Of a stretch of DNA of 64,000 nt, positions 8,392-18,204 are shown piece after piece. The stretch lies in assembly GCF_988242995.1 (NCBI RefSeq), contig NZ_OZ547043.1; one strand, written 5' to 3'. Both the position numbers and the translations under genes were made by a program. Within the stretch, counting starts at the first letter, position 1. Each line of letters opens with the position of its first letter. A model generated the notes under the pieces. The model was not told the DNA's origin, made no database searches, and saw only the letters and a program-made list of their open reading frames with translations.

Positions 8392-9179
8392 CCAAGCATG
8401 AGGTGAATCCGCAGATGACCCTGCGTCGCCTGCCGGATGAAGATCCGCAGAATCTGGCGGACCCGGCTTACCGCCGCCGTCGCATCATTATGCAGAACAT
8501 GCGTGACGAAGAGCTGGCCATTGCCCAGGTCGAAGAGATGCAGGCAGTTTCTGCCGTGCTTAAGGGCAAATACACCATGACCGGTGAAGCTTTCGATCCG
8601 GTTGAGGTGGATATGGGCCGCAGTGCGGCCAACAACATCACGCAGTCCGGCGGCACGGAGTGGAGCAAGCGTGACAAGTCCACGTATGACCCGACCGACG
8701 ATATCGAAGCCTACGCGCTGAACGCCAGCGGAGTGGTGAATATCATCGTGTTTGATCCGAAAGGCTGGGTGCTGTTCCGTTCCTTCAAAGCCGTCAAGGA
8801 GAAGCTGGATACTCGTCGCGGCTCTCATTCCGAGCTGGAGACAGCGGTGAAAGACCTGGGCAAAGCGGTGTCCTACAAGGGGATGTATGGCGATGTGGCC
8901 ATCGTCGTGTATTCCGGACAGTACGTGGAAAACGGCGTCAAAAAGAACTTCCTGCCGGACAACACGATGGTGCTGGGGAACACTCAGGCACGCGGTCTGC
9001 GCACCTATGGCTGCATTCAGGATGCGGACGCACAGCGCGAAGGCATTAACGCCTCTGCCCGTTACCCGAAAAACTGGGTGACCACCGGCGATCCGGCGCG
9101 TGAGTTCACCATGATTCAGTCAGCACCGCTGATGCTGCTGGCTGATCCTGATGAGTTCGTGTCTGTACAACTGGCGTAA
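8392..9179 (+). pseudogene. E: Major capsid gene E, 5'-truncated (about the first 96 codons missing)
   Basis: Translation from ...PKHEVNPQMTLRRLPDEDPQNLADPAYRRRR... to ...DPDEFVSVQLA is near-identical to lambda gpE residues about 97-341; upstream sequence is unrelated AT-rich DNA. Confidence 0.85.
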
Positions 9180-9181
9180 TC

Positions 9182-9207
9182 ATGGCCCTTCGGGGCCATT
9201 TTCTCTC
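9182..9207 (+). terminator. Stem-loop ggcccttcggggcc + T-run between E and FI
   Basis: Read directly from sequence. Confidence 0.4.
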
Positions 9208-9220
9208 TGTGGAGGAGTTC

Positions 9221-9619
9221 ATGACGAAAGATGAGCTGATTGCCCGTCTTCAGGAGCTGGGTGAGCAACTGAACCGCGATGTCAGTTTGACGGGAACGAA
9301 AGAAGAACTGGCGCTTCGTGTGGCAGAGCTGGAAGAAGAGCTTGATGACACGGATGAAACTGCCGGTCAGGACACCCCTCTCAGCCGGGAAAATGTGCTG
9401 ACCGGGCATGAAAATGAGGTGGTATCAGCGCAGCCGGATACCGTGATTCAGGATACGGCTGAACTGGTCACGGTCGTGGCACTGGTGACGCTGCATACTG
9501 ATGCGCTTCACGCCACGCGGGATAAACCTGTGGCATTTGTGCTGCCGGGAACGGCGTTTCGTGTCTCTGCCGGTGTGGCAGCCGAAATGACAGAACGTGG
9601 CCTGGCCAGAATGCAATAA
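9221..9619 (+). CDS. FI: DNA packaging protein FI
   Basis: MTKDELIARLQELGEQLNRDVSLTGTKEELALRVAELEEELDDTDE... near-identical to lambda gpFI; GGAGGAG RBS. Confidence 0.9.
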   Translation: MTKDELIARLQELGEQLNRDVSLTGTKEELALRVAELEEELDDTDETAGQDTPLSRENVLTGHENEVVSAQPDTVIQDTAELVTVVALVTLHTDALHATRDKPVAFVLPGTAFRVSAGVAAEMTERGLARMQ

Positions 9620-9630
9620 CGGGAGGCGCT

Positions 9631-9984
9631 GTGGCTGATTTCGATAACCTGTTCGATGCTGCCATTGCCCGCGCTGATGAAACGATACGCGGGTACATGG
9701 GAACGTCAGCCACCCTGACATCCGGTGAGCAGTCCGGTGCTGTGATACGTGGTGTTTTTGATGACCCTGAAAATATCAGCTATGCCGGACAGGGCGTGCG
9801 CGTTGAAGGCTCCAGCCCGTCCCTGTTTGTCCGGACTGATGAGGTGCGGCAGCTGCGGCGTGGAGACACGCTGACCATCGGTGAGGAAAACTTCTGGATA
9901 GACCGGGTTTCGCCGGATGATGGCGGAAGCTGTCATCTCTGGCTTGGGCGTGGCGTGCCGCCTGCCGTTAACCGTCGCCGCTGA
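9631..9984 (+). CDS. FII: Head-tail joining protein FII
   Basis: 117-aa ORF matching lambda gpFII (MADFDNLFDAAIARADETIRGYMG...). Confidence 0.9.
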   Translation: MADFDNLFDAAIARADETIRGYMGTSATLTSGEQSGAVIRGVFDDPENISYAGQGVRVEGSSPSLFVRTDEVRQLRRGDTLTIGEENFWIDRVSPDDGGSCHLWLGRGVPPAVNRRR

Positions 9985-9995
9985 AGGGGGGATGT

Positions 9996-10574
9996 ATGGC
10001 CATAAAAGGTCTTGAGCAGGCCATTGAAAACCTCAGCCGTATCAGCAGAACGGCGGTGCCTGGTGCCGCCGCAATGGCCATTAACCGCGTTGCTTCATCC
10101 GCGATATCGCAGTCGGCGTCACAGGTTGCCCGTGAGACAAAGGTACGCCGGAAACTGGTAAAGGAAAGGGCCAGGCTGAAAAGGGCCACGGTCAAAAATC
10201 CGCAGGCCAGAATCAGGGTTAACCGGGGGGATTTGCCCGTAATCAGGCTGGGTAACGCGCGGGTTGTCCTTTCGCGCCGCAGGCGTCGTAAAAAGGGGCA
10301 GCGTTCATCCCTGAAAGGTGGCGGCAGCGTGCTTGTGGTGGGTAACCGTCGTATTCCCGGCGCGTTTATTCAGCAACTGAAAAATGGCCGGTGGCATGTC
10401 ATGCAGCGTGTGGCCGGGAAAAACCGTTACCCCATTGATGTGGTGAAAATCCCGATGGCGGTGCCGCTGACCACGGCGTTTAAACAAAATATTGAGCGGA
10501 TACGGCGTGAACGTCTTCCGAAAGAGCTGGGCTATGCGCTGCAGCATCAACTGAGGATGGTAATAAAGCGATGA
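9996..10574 (+). CDS. Z: Minor tail protein Z
   Basis: 192-aa ORF matching lambda gpZ. Confidence 0.9.
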   Translation: MAIKGLEQAIENLSRISRTAVPGAAAMAINRVASSAISQSASQVARETKVRRKLVKERARLKRATVKNPQARIRVNRGDLPVIRLGNARVVLSRRRRRKKGQRSSLKGGGSVLVVGNRRIPGAFIQQLKNGRWHVMQRVAGKNRYPIDVVKIPMAVPLTTAFKQNIERIRRERLPKELGYALQHQLRMVIKR

Positions 10575-10661
10575 AACATACTGAACTCCGTGCAGCCGTA
10601 CTGGATGCACTGGAGAAGCATGACACCGGGGCGACGTTTTTTGATGGTCGCCCCGCTGTTT

Positions 10662-11372
10662 GTGCACAGAAAACCCCCAGCTAGGCTGGGGGTTCCGGAA
10701 AGCTTTCAGCTTTGAGCCAGTTATTAAAACCCCTTTTGATTTGTTAAAACACCTTGCGGTCTGGCAACTGCAAGTGTCAAACAAGAAATCAAAAGGGGGT
10801 CCCAATGGGGAACGAAAAGAGCTTAGCGCACACCCGATGGAACTGTAAATATCACATAGTTTTTGCGCCAAAATACCGAAGACAGGTGTTCTACAGAGAG
10901 AAGCGTAGAGCAATAGGCAGTATTTTGAGAAAGCTGTGTGAGTGGAAAAGCGTACGGATTCTGGAAGCTGAATGCTGTGCAGATCATATCCATATGCTTG
11001 TGGAGATCCCGCCCAAAATGAGCGTATCCGGGTTTATGGGATATCTGAAAGGGAAAAGCAGTCTGATGCTTTACGAGCAGTTTGGTGATTTGAAATTCAA
11101 ATACAGGAACAGGGAGTTCTGGTGCAGAGGGTACTACGTCGATACAGTGGGTAAGAACACGGCGAAGATACAGGATTACATAAAGCACCAGCTTGAAGAG
11201 GATAAAATGGGAGAGCAGTTATCGATTCCCTATCCGGGCAGCCCGTTTACGGGCCGTAAGTAACGAAGTTGGATGCAAATGTCAGATCGTGTGCGCCTGT
11301 TAGGGCGCGGCTGGTAAGAGAGCCTTATAGGCGCATTTGAAAAACCTCCGGCTATGCCGGAGGATATTTATT
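10662..11372 (+). mobile_element. IS200 (IS200/IS605 family), about 711 bp, with terminal hairpins
   Basis: Contains the Y1 transposase gene; left-end hairpin cccccagctaggctggggg and right-end hairpin ctccggctatgccggag; boundaries inferred from interruption of lambda U. Confidence 0.8.
10805..11263 (+). CDS. tnpA: IS200 transposase TnpA (Y1/HUH)
   Basis: MGNEKSLAHTRWNCKYHIVFAPKYRRQVFY...HIHMLVEIPPK... matches IS200 TnpA (152 aa). Confidence 0.9.
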   Translation: MGNEKSLAHTRWNCKYHIVFAPKYRRQVFYREKRRAIGSILRKLCEWKSVRILEAECCADHIHMLVEIPPKMSVSGFMGYLKGKSSLMLYEQFGDLKFKYRNREFWCRGYYVDTVGKNTAKIQDYIKHQLEEDKMGEQLSIPYPGSPFTGRK

Positions 11373-11684
11373 TTGATGAGGCGGATTTTCCGGCAGTTGC
11401 CGTTTATCTCACCGGCGCTGAATACACGGGCGAAGAGCTGGACAGCGATACCTGGCAGGCGGAGCTGCATATCGAAGTTTTCCTGCCTGCTCAGGTGCCG
11501 GATTCAGAGCTGGATGCGTGGATGGAGTCCCGGATTTATCCGGTGATGAGCGATATCCCGGCACTGTCAGATTTGATCACCAGTATGGTGGCCAGCGGCT
11601 ATGACTACCGGCGCGACGATGATGCGGGCCTGTGGAGTTCAGCCGATCTGACTTATGTCATTACCTATGAAATGTGAGGACGCT

Positions 11685-12425
11685 ATGCCTGTACCAAATC
11701 CTACAATGCCGGTGAAAGGTGCCGGGACCACACTGTGGGTTTATAAGGGGAACGGTGACCCTTATGCGAACCCGCTTTCAGACGTGGACTGGTCGCGTCT
11801 GGCAAAAGTTAAAGACCTGACGCCCGGCGAACTGACCGCTGAGTCCTATGACGACAGCTATCTCGATGATGAAGATGCGGACTGGACTGCGACCGGGCAG
11901 GGGCAGAAATCAGCCGGAGATACCAGCTTCACGCTGGCGTGGATGCCCGGAGAGCAGGGGCAGCAGGCGCTGCTGGCGTGGTTTAATGAAGGTGATACCC
12001 GTGCCTATAAAATCCGCTTCCCGAACGGCACGGTCGATGTGTTCCGTGGCTGGGTCAGCAGTATCGGTAAAGCGGTGACGGCGAAGGAAGTGATCACCCG
12101 CACGGTGAAGGTCACCAATGTGGGACGCCCGTCGATGGCAGAAGATCGCAGCACGGTCACAGCGGCAACCGGCATGACCGTGACGCCTGCCAGCACCTCG
12201 GTGGTGAAAGGGCAGAGCACGACGCTGACCGTGGCATTCCAGCCGGAAGGCGCAACCGACAAGAGCTTCCGTGCGGTGTCTGCGGATAAAACAAAAGCCA
12301 CCGTGTCGGTCAGTGGTATGACCATCACCGTGAAAGGTGTTGCTGCAGGCAAGGTCAACATTCCGGTCGTATCCGGTAATGGTGAACTTGCTGCGGTTGC
12401 AGAAATCAACGTTACCGCCAGTTAA
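11685..12425 (+). CDS. V: Major tail protein V
   Basis: [22 protein letters not shown]... matches lambda gpV; C-terminal Ig-like domain present. Confidence 0.9.
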   Translation: MPVPNPTMPVKGAGTTLWVYKGNGDPYANPLSDVDWSRLAKVKDLTPGELTAESYDDSYLDDEDADWTATGQGQKSAGDTSFTLAWMPGEQGQQALLAWFNEGDTRAYKIRFPNGTVDVFRGWVSSIGKAVTAKEVITRTVKVTNVGRPSMAEDRSTVTAATGMTVTPASTSVVKGQSTTLTVAFQPEGATDKSFRAVSADKTKATVSVSGMTITVKGVAAGKVNIPVVSGNGELAAVAEINVTAS

Positions 12426-12440
12426 TCCGGAGAGTCAGCG

Positions 12441-12863
12441 ATGTTCCTGAAAACCGAATCATTTGAACATAACGGTGTGACCGTCACGCTTTCTGAACTG
12501 TCAGCCCTGCAGCGTATTGAGCATCTCGCCCTGATGAAACGACAGGCAGAACAGGCGGAGTCAGACAGCAACCGGAAGTTTACTGTGGAAGACGCCATCA
12601 GAACCGGCGCTTTTGTGGTGGCGATGTCCCTGTGGCATAACCATCCGCAGAAGACAAAGCTGCCTTCCATGAATGAAGCCGTTAAACAGATTGAGCAGGA
12701 AGTGCTTACCACCTGGCCCACGGAGGCAATTTCTCATGCTGAAAACGTGGTGTACCGGCTGTCTGGTATGTATGAGTTTGTGGTGAATAATGCCCCTGAA
12801 CAGACAGAGGACGCCGGGCCCGCAGAGCCTGTTTCTGCGGGAAAGTGTTCGACGGTGAGCTGA
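12441..12863 (+). CDS. G: Tail assembly chaperone G
   Basis: 140-aa ORF matching lambda gpG; slippery heptamer GGGAAAG at 12839-12845 near its 3' end. Confidence 0.85.
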   Translation: MFLKTESFEHNGVTVTLSELSALQRIEHLALMKRQAEQAESDSNRKFTVEDAIRTGAFVVAMSLWHNHPQKTKLPSMNEAVKQIEQEVLTTWPTEAISHAENVVYRLSGMYEFVVNNAPEQTEDAGPAEPVSAGKCSTVS

Positions 12864-13279
12864 GTTTTGCCCTGAAACTGGCGCGTGAGATGGGGCGACC
12901 CGACTGGCGTGCCATGCTTGCCGGGATGTCATCCACGGAGTATGCCGACTGGCACCGCTTTTACAGTACCCATTATTTTCATGATGTTCTGCTGGATATG
13001 CACTTTTCCGGGCTGACGTACACCGTGCTCAGCCTGTTTTTCAGCGATCCGGATATGCATCCGCTGGATTTCAGTCTGCTGAACCGGCGCGAGGCTGACG
13101 AAGAGCCTGAAGATGATGTGCTGATGCAGAAAGCGGCAGGGCTTGCCGGAGGTGTCCGCTTTGGCCCGGACGGGAATGAAGTTATCCCCGCTTCCCCGGA
13201 TGTGGCGGACATGACGGAGGATGACGTAATGCTGATGACAGTATCAGAAGGGATCGCAGGAGGAGTCCGGTATGGCTGA
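12845..13279 (+). CDS. T: Tail assembly protein T, expressed as G-T fusion by -1 programmed frameshift
   Basis: T reading frame has no own RBS/ATG and opens at the G slippery site; matches lambda gpT. Confidence 0.8.
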   Translation: MFDGELSFALKLAREMGRPDWRAMLAGMSSTEYADWHRFYSTHYFHDVLLDMHFSGLTYTVLSLFFSDPDMHPLDFSLLNRREADEEPEDDVLMQKAAGLAGGVRFGPDGNEVIPASPDVADMTEDDVMLMTVSEGIAGGVRYG

Positions 13280-15833
13280 ACCGGTAGGCGATCTGGTCGT
13301 TGATTTGAGTCTGGATGCGGCCAGATTTGACGAGCAGATGGCCAGAGTCAGGCGTCATTTTTCCGGTACGGAAAGTGATGCGAAAAAAACAGCGGCAGTC
13401 GTTGAACAGTCGCTGAGCCGACAGGCGCTGGCTGCACAGAAAGCGGGGATTTCCGTCGGGCAGTATAAAGCCGCCATGCGTATGCTGCCTGCACAGTTCA
13501 CCGACGTGGCCACGCAGCTTGCAGGCGGGCAAAGTCCGTGGCTGATCCTGCTGCAACAGGGGGGGCAGGTGAAGGACTCCTTCGGCGGGATGATCCCCAT
13601 GTTCAGGGGGCTTGCCGGTGCGATCACCCTGCCGATGGTGGGGGCCACCTCGCTGGCGGTGGCGACCGGTGCGCTGGCGTATGCCTGGTATCAGGGCAAC
13701 TCAACCCTGTCCGATTTCAACAAAACGCTGGTCCTTTCCGGCAATCAGGCGGGACTGACGGCAGATCGTATGCTGGTCCTGTCCAGAGCCGGGCAGGCGG
13801 CAGGGCTGACGTTTAACCAGACCAGCGAGTCACTCAGCGCACTGGTTAAGGCGGGGGTAAGCGGTGAGGCTCAGATTGCGTCCATCAGCCAGAGTGTGGC
13901 GCGTTTCTCCTCTGCATCCGGCGTGGAGGTGGACAAGGTCGCTGAAGCCTTCGGGAAGCTGACCACAGACCCGACGTCTGGGCTGACGGCGATGGCACGC
14001 CAGTTCCATAACGTGACGGCGGAGCAGATTGCGTATGTTGCTCAGTTGCAGCGTTCCGGCGATGAAGCCGGGGCATTGCAGGCGGCGAACGAGGCCGCAA
14101 CGAAAGGGTTTGATGACCAGACCCGCCGCCTGAAAGAGAACATGGGCACGCTGGAGACCTGGGCAGACAGGACTGCGCGGGCATTCAAATCCATGTGGGA
14201 TGCGGTGCTGGATATTGGTCGTCCTGATACCGCGCAGGAGATGCTGATTAAGGCAGAGGCTGCGTTTAAGAAAGCAGACGACATCTGGAATCTGCGCAAG
14301 GATGATTATTTTGTTAACGATGAAGCGCGGGCGCGTTACTGGGATGATCGTGAAAAGGCCCGTCTTGCGCTTGAAGCCGCCCGAAAGAAGGCTGAGCAGC
14401 AGACTCAACAGGACAAAAATGCGCAGCAGCAGAGCGATACCGAAGCGTCACGGCTGAAATATACCGAAGAGGCGCAGAAGGCTTACGAACGGCTGCAGAC
14501 GCCGCTGGAGAAATATACCGCCCGTCAGGAAGAACTGAACAAGGCACTGAAAGACGGGAAAATCCTGCAGGCGGATTACAACACGCTGATGGCGGCGGCG
14601 AAAAAGGATTATGAAGCGACGCTGAAAAAGCCGAAACAGTCCGGCGTGAAGGTGTCTGCGGGCGATCGTCAGGAAGACAGTGCTCATGCTGCCCTGCTGA
14701 CGCTTCAGGCAGAACTCCGGACGCTGGAGAAGCATGCCGGAGCAAATGAGAAAATCAGCCAGCAGCGCCGGGATTTGTGGAAGGCGGAGAGTCAGTTCGC
14801 GGTACTGGAGGAGGCGGCGCAACGTCGCCAGCTGTCTGCACAGGAGAAATCCCTGCTGGCGCATAAAGATGAGACGCTGGAGTACAAACGCCAGCTGGCT
14901 GCACTTGGCGACAAGGTTACGTATCAGGAGCGCCTGAACGCGCTGGCGCAGCAGGCGGATAAATTCGCACAGCAGCAACGGGCAAAACGGGCCGCCATTG
15001 ATGCGAAAAGCCGGGGGCTGACTGACCGGCAGGCAGAACGGGAAGCCACGGAACAGCGCCTGAAGGAACAGTATGGCGATAATCCGCTGGCGCTGAATAA
15101 CGTCATGTCAGAGCAGAAAAAGACCTGGGCGGCTGAAGACCAGCTTCGCGGGAACTGGATGGCAGGCCTGAAGTCCGGCTGGAGTGAGTGGGAAGAGAGC
15201 GCCACGGACAGTATGTCGCAGGTAAAAAGTGCAGCCACGCAGACCTTTGATGGTATTGCACAGAATATGGCGGCGATGCTGACCGGCAGTGAGCAGAACT
15301 GGCGCAGCTTCACCCGTTCCGTGCTGTCCATGATGACAGAAATTCTGCTTAAGCAGGCAATGGTGGGGATTGTCGGGAGTATCGGCAGCGCCATTGGCGG
15401 GGCTGTTGGTGGCGGCGCATCCGCGTCAGGCGGTACAGCCATTCAGGCCGCTGCGGCGAAATTCCATTTTGCAACCGGAGGATTCACAGGAACCGGCGGC
15501 AAATATGAGCCAGCGGGGATTGTTCACCGTGGTGAATTTGTCTTCACGAAGGAGGCAACCAGCCGGATTGGCGTGGGGAATCTCTACCGGCTGATGCGCG
15601 GCTATGCCACCGGTGGTTATGTCGGTACACCGGGCAGTCTGGCTGACAGCCGGTCGCAGGCGTCCGGGACGTTTGAGCAGAATAACCATGTGGTGATTAA
15701 CAACGACGGCACGAACGGGCAGATAGGTCCGGCTGCTCTGAAGGCGGTGTATGACATGGCCCGCAAGGGTGCCCGTGATGAAATTCAGACACAGATGCGT
15801 GATGGTGGCCTGTTCTCCGGAGGTGGACGATGA
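13272..15833 (+). CDS. H: Tail tape measure protein H
   Basis: 853-aa ORF, same length as lambda gpH; coiled-coil-rich. Confidence 0.9.
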   Translation: MAEPVGDLVVDLSLDAARFDEQMARVRRHFSGTESDAKKTAAVVEQSLSRQALAAQKAGISVGQYKAAMRMLPAQFTDVATQLAGGQSPWLILLQQGGQVKDSFGGMIPMFRGLAGAITLPMVGATSLAVATGALAYAWYQGNSTLSDFNKTLVLSGNQAGLTADRMLVLSRAGQAAGLTFNQTSESLSALVKAGVSGEAQIASISQSVARFSSASGVEVDKVAEAFGKLTTDPTSGLTAMARQFHNVTAEQIAYVAQLQRSGDEAGALQAANEAATKGFDDQTRRLKENMGTLETWADRTARAFKSMWDAVLDIGRPDTAQEMLIKAEAAFKKADDIWNLRKDDYFVNDEARARYWDDREKARLALEAARKKAEQQTQQDKNAQQQSDTEASRLKYTEEAQKAYERLQTPLEKYTARQEELNKALKDGKILQADYNTLMAAAKKDYEATLKKPKQSGVKVSAGDRQEDSAHAALLTLQAELRTLEKHAGANEKISQQRRDLWKAESQFAVLEEAAQRRQLSAQEKSLLAHKDETLEYKRQLAALGDKVTYQERLNALAQQADKFAQQQRAKRAAIDAKSRGLTDRQAEREATEQRLKEQYGDNPLALNNVMSEQKKTWAAEDQLRGNWMAGLKSGWSEWEESATDSMSQVKSAATQTFDGIAQNMAAMLTGSEQNWRSFTRSVLSMMTEILLKQAMVGIVGSIGSAIGGAVGGGASASGGTAIQAAAAKFHFATGGFTGTGGKYEPAGIVHRGEFVFTKEATSRIGVGNLYRLMRGYATGGYVGTPGSLADSRSQASGTFEQNNHVVINNDGTNGQIGPAALKAVYDMARKGARDEIQTQMRDGGLFSGGGR

Positions 15834-16159
15834 AAACCTTCCGCTGGAAAGTGAAACCCGGTATGGATGTGGCTTCGGCCCCTTCTGTAAGAAAGGTGCG
15901 CTTTGGTGATGGCTATTCCCAGCGAGCGCCTGCCGGGCTGAATGCCAACCTGAAAACGTACAGCGTGACGCTTTCTGTCCCCCGTGAGGAGGCCACGGTA
16001 CTGGAGTCGTTTCTGGCTGAGCACGGGGGCTGGAAGGCCTTTCTGTGGACGCCGCCTTATGGCTACCGGCAGATAAAGGTGACCTGCGCAAAATGGTCGT
16101 CGCGGGTCAGTATGTTGCGTGTTGAGTTCAGCGCAGAGTTTGAACAGGTGGTGAACTGA
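15830..16159 (+). CDS. M: Minor tail protein M
   Basis: 109-aa ORF matching lambda gpM; ATGA overlap with H. Confidence 0.9.
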   Translation: MKTFRWKVKPGMDVASAPSVRKVRFGDGYSQRAPAGLNANLKTYSVTLSVPREEATVLESFLAEHGGWKAFLWTPPYGYRQIKVTCAKWSSRVSMLRVEFSAEFEQVVN

Positions 16160-16857
16160 TGCAGGATATCCGACAGGAAACACTGAATGAATGCACCCGT
16201 GCGGAGCAGTCGGCCAGCGTGGTGCTCTGGGAAATCGACCTGACAGAGGTCGGTGGAGAACGTTATTTTTTCTGTAATGAGCAGAACGAAAAAGGTGAGC
16301 CGGTCACCTGGCAGGGGCGACAGTATCAGCCGTATCCCATTCAGGGGAGCGGTTTTGAACTGAATGGCAAAGGCACCAGTACGCGCCCCACGCTGACGGT
16401 TTCTAACCTGTACGGTATGGTCACCGGGATGGCGGAAGATCTGCAGAGTCTGGTCGGCGGAACGGTGGTCAGGCGTAAGGTTTATGCCCGTTTTCTGGAT
16501 GCGGTGAACTTCGTCAACGGAAACAGAGACGCCGATCCGGAGCAGGAGGTGATCAGCCGCTGGCGCATTGAGCAGTGCAGCGAACTGAGCGCGGTGAGTG
16601 CCTCTTTTGTACTGTCCACGCCGACGGAAACGGACGGCGCTGTTTTTCCGGGACGTATCATGCTGGCCAACACCTGCACCTGGACCTATCGCGGCGATGA
16701 GTGCGGTTATCACGGTCCGGCGGTCGCGGATGAATATGACCAGCCAACGTCCGATATCACGAAGGATAAATGCAGCAAATGCCTGAGCGGTTGTAAGTTC
16801 CGCAATAACGTCGGCAACTTTGGCGGCTTCCTTTCCATTAACAAACTTTCGCAGTAA
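16159..16857 (+). CDS. L: Minor tail protein L
   Basis: 232-aa ORF matching lambda gpL. Confidence 0.9.
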   Translation: MQDIRQETLNECTRAEQSASVVLWEIDLTEVGGERYFFCNEQNEKGEPVTWQGRQYQPYPIQGSGFELNGKGTSTRPTLTVSNLYGMVTGMAEDLQSLVGGTVVRRKVYARFLDAVNFVNGNRDADPEQEVISRWRIEQCSELSAVSASFVLSTPTETDGAVFPGRIMLANTCTWTYRGDECGYHGPAVADEYDQPTSDITKDKCSKCLSGCKFRNNVGNFGGFLSINKLSQ

Positions 16858-16861
16858 TCCC

Positions 16862-17605
16862 ATGACAGAGACAGAATCAGCGATTCTGGCGCACGCCCGG
16901 CGATGTGCGCCAGCGGAGTCGTGCGGCTTCGTGGTAAGCACGCCGGAGGGGGAAAGATATTTCCCCTGCGTGAATATCTCCGGTGAGCCGGAGGCGTATT
17001 TCCGTATGTCGCCGGAAGACTGGCTGCAGGCAGAAATGCAGGGTGAGATTGTGGCGCTGGTCCACAGCCACCCCGGTGGTCTGCCCTGGCTGAGTGAGGC
17101 CGACCGGCGGCTGCAGGTGCAGAGTGATTTGCCGTGGTGGCTGGTCTGCCGGGGGGCGATTCATAAGTTCCGCTGTGTGCCGCATCTCACCGGGCGGCGC
17201 TTTGAGCACGGGGTGACGGACTGTTACACGCTGTTCCGGGATGCTTATCATCTGGCGGGGATTGAGATGCCGGATTTTCATCGCGAGGATGACTGGTGGC
17301 GTCACGGTCAGAATCTCTATCTGGATAATCTGGAGGCCACAGGGCTGTATCAGGTGCCGTTGTCATCAGCACAACCGGGCGATGTGCTGCTGTGCTGTTT
17401 TGGTTCATCGGTGCCGAATCATGCCGCCATTTACTGTGGTGATGGCGAGCTGCTGCACCATATTCCTGAACAACTGAGCAAACGAGAGAGGTATACCGAC
17501 AAATGGCAGCGACGCACACACTCCCTCTGGCGTCACCGGGCATGGCGCGCATCTGCCTTTACGGGGATTTACAACGATTTGGTCGCCGCATCGACCTTCG
17601 TGTGA
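16862..17605 (+). CDS. K: Tail tip assembly protein K (alternative in-frame start at 17006 would give the 199-aa form)
   Basis: Matches lambda gpK (NlpC/P60-like); start ambiguity noted from sequence. Confidence 0.8.
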   Translation: MTETESAILAHARRCAPAESCGFVVSTPEGERYFPCVNISGEPEAYFRMSPEDWLQAEMQGEIVALVHSHPGGLPWLSEADRRLQVQSDLPWWLVCRGAIHKFRCVPHLTGRRFEHGVTDCYTLFRDAYHLAGIEMPDFHREDDWWRHGQNLYLDNLEATGLYQVPLSSAQPGDVLLCCFGSSVPNHAAIYCGDGELLHHIPEQLSKRERYTDKWQRRTHSLWRHRAWRASAFTGIYNDLVAASTFV

Positions 17606-18144
17606 AAACGGGGGCTGAAGCCATCCGGGCGCTGGCCACACAGCTCCCGGCGTTTCGTCAGAAACTGAGCGACGGCTGGTATCAGGTACGGATTGCCGGG
17701 CGTGATACAGGTGAAACGGAATTATCAGCCCGTCTTAATGAACCGCTGGCAAATGGTGCTGTGATCCATATCGTGCCGCGTCTGGCAGGAGCCAAAAGTG
17801 GCGGTGTGTTTCAGGCTGTGCTGGGGGCGGCTGTTATGGCGGTTGCTATATGGATGCCGGGGGTAGGAATTATGGCGAGTAATCTGCTGTTTTCTCTCGG
17901 TGCCAGTATGACGCTTGGCGGTGTTGCACAGATGCTGGCCCCTAAACCCAAAACCCCCCGCACACAGACAACGGATAACGGCAAACAGAACACCTATTTT
18001 TCTTCACTGGATAATATGGTTGCCCAGGGCAATGTTCTGCCCGTTCTGTACGGTGAAATGCGCGTGGGATCACGTGTGGTATCTCAGGAGATCAGCACAG
18101 CAGATGAAGGTGATGGTGGTCAGGTTGTGGTGATTGGTCGCTGA
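17503..18144 (+). CDS. I: Tail tip assembly protein I
   Basis: MAATHTLPLASPGMARICLYGDLQRFGRRIDLRVKTGAEAIRALATQLPAF... matches lambda gpI; overlaps K by about 100 nt. Confidence 0.85.
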   Translation: MAATHTLPLASPGMARICLYGDLQRFGRRIDLRVKTGAEAIRALATQLPAFRQKLSDGWYQVRIAGRDTGETELSARLNEPLANGAVIHIVPRLAGAKSGGVFQAVLGAAVMAVAIWMPGVGIMASNLLFSLGASMTLGGVAQMLAPKPKTPRTQTTDNGKQNTYFSSLDNMVAQGNVLPVLYGEMRVGSRVVSQEISTADEGDGGQVVVIGR

Positions 18145-18204
18145 TGAAAAACGTTTTATGTGAAACCGCCTCCGGGCGGTTTTATCGTTTATGGAGCATG
18201 ACGA

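Larger units (their letters stand above)
10571..11677 (+). pseudogene. U: Tail terminator gene U interrupted by IS200 (N-terminal 30 codons at 10571-10661, remainder at 11373-11677)
   Basis: MKHTELRAAVLDALEKHDTGATFFDGRPAV then unrelated sequence; lambda U resumes ...FDEADFPAVAVYLTGAEYTGEELDSDTWQAELHIEVF... after the insertion. Confidence 0.85.

Noticed and set aside
16063-16941. 292-aa minus-strand ORF
   Set aside because: Antisense to lambda L/K, which are clearly the real genes.
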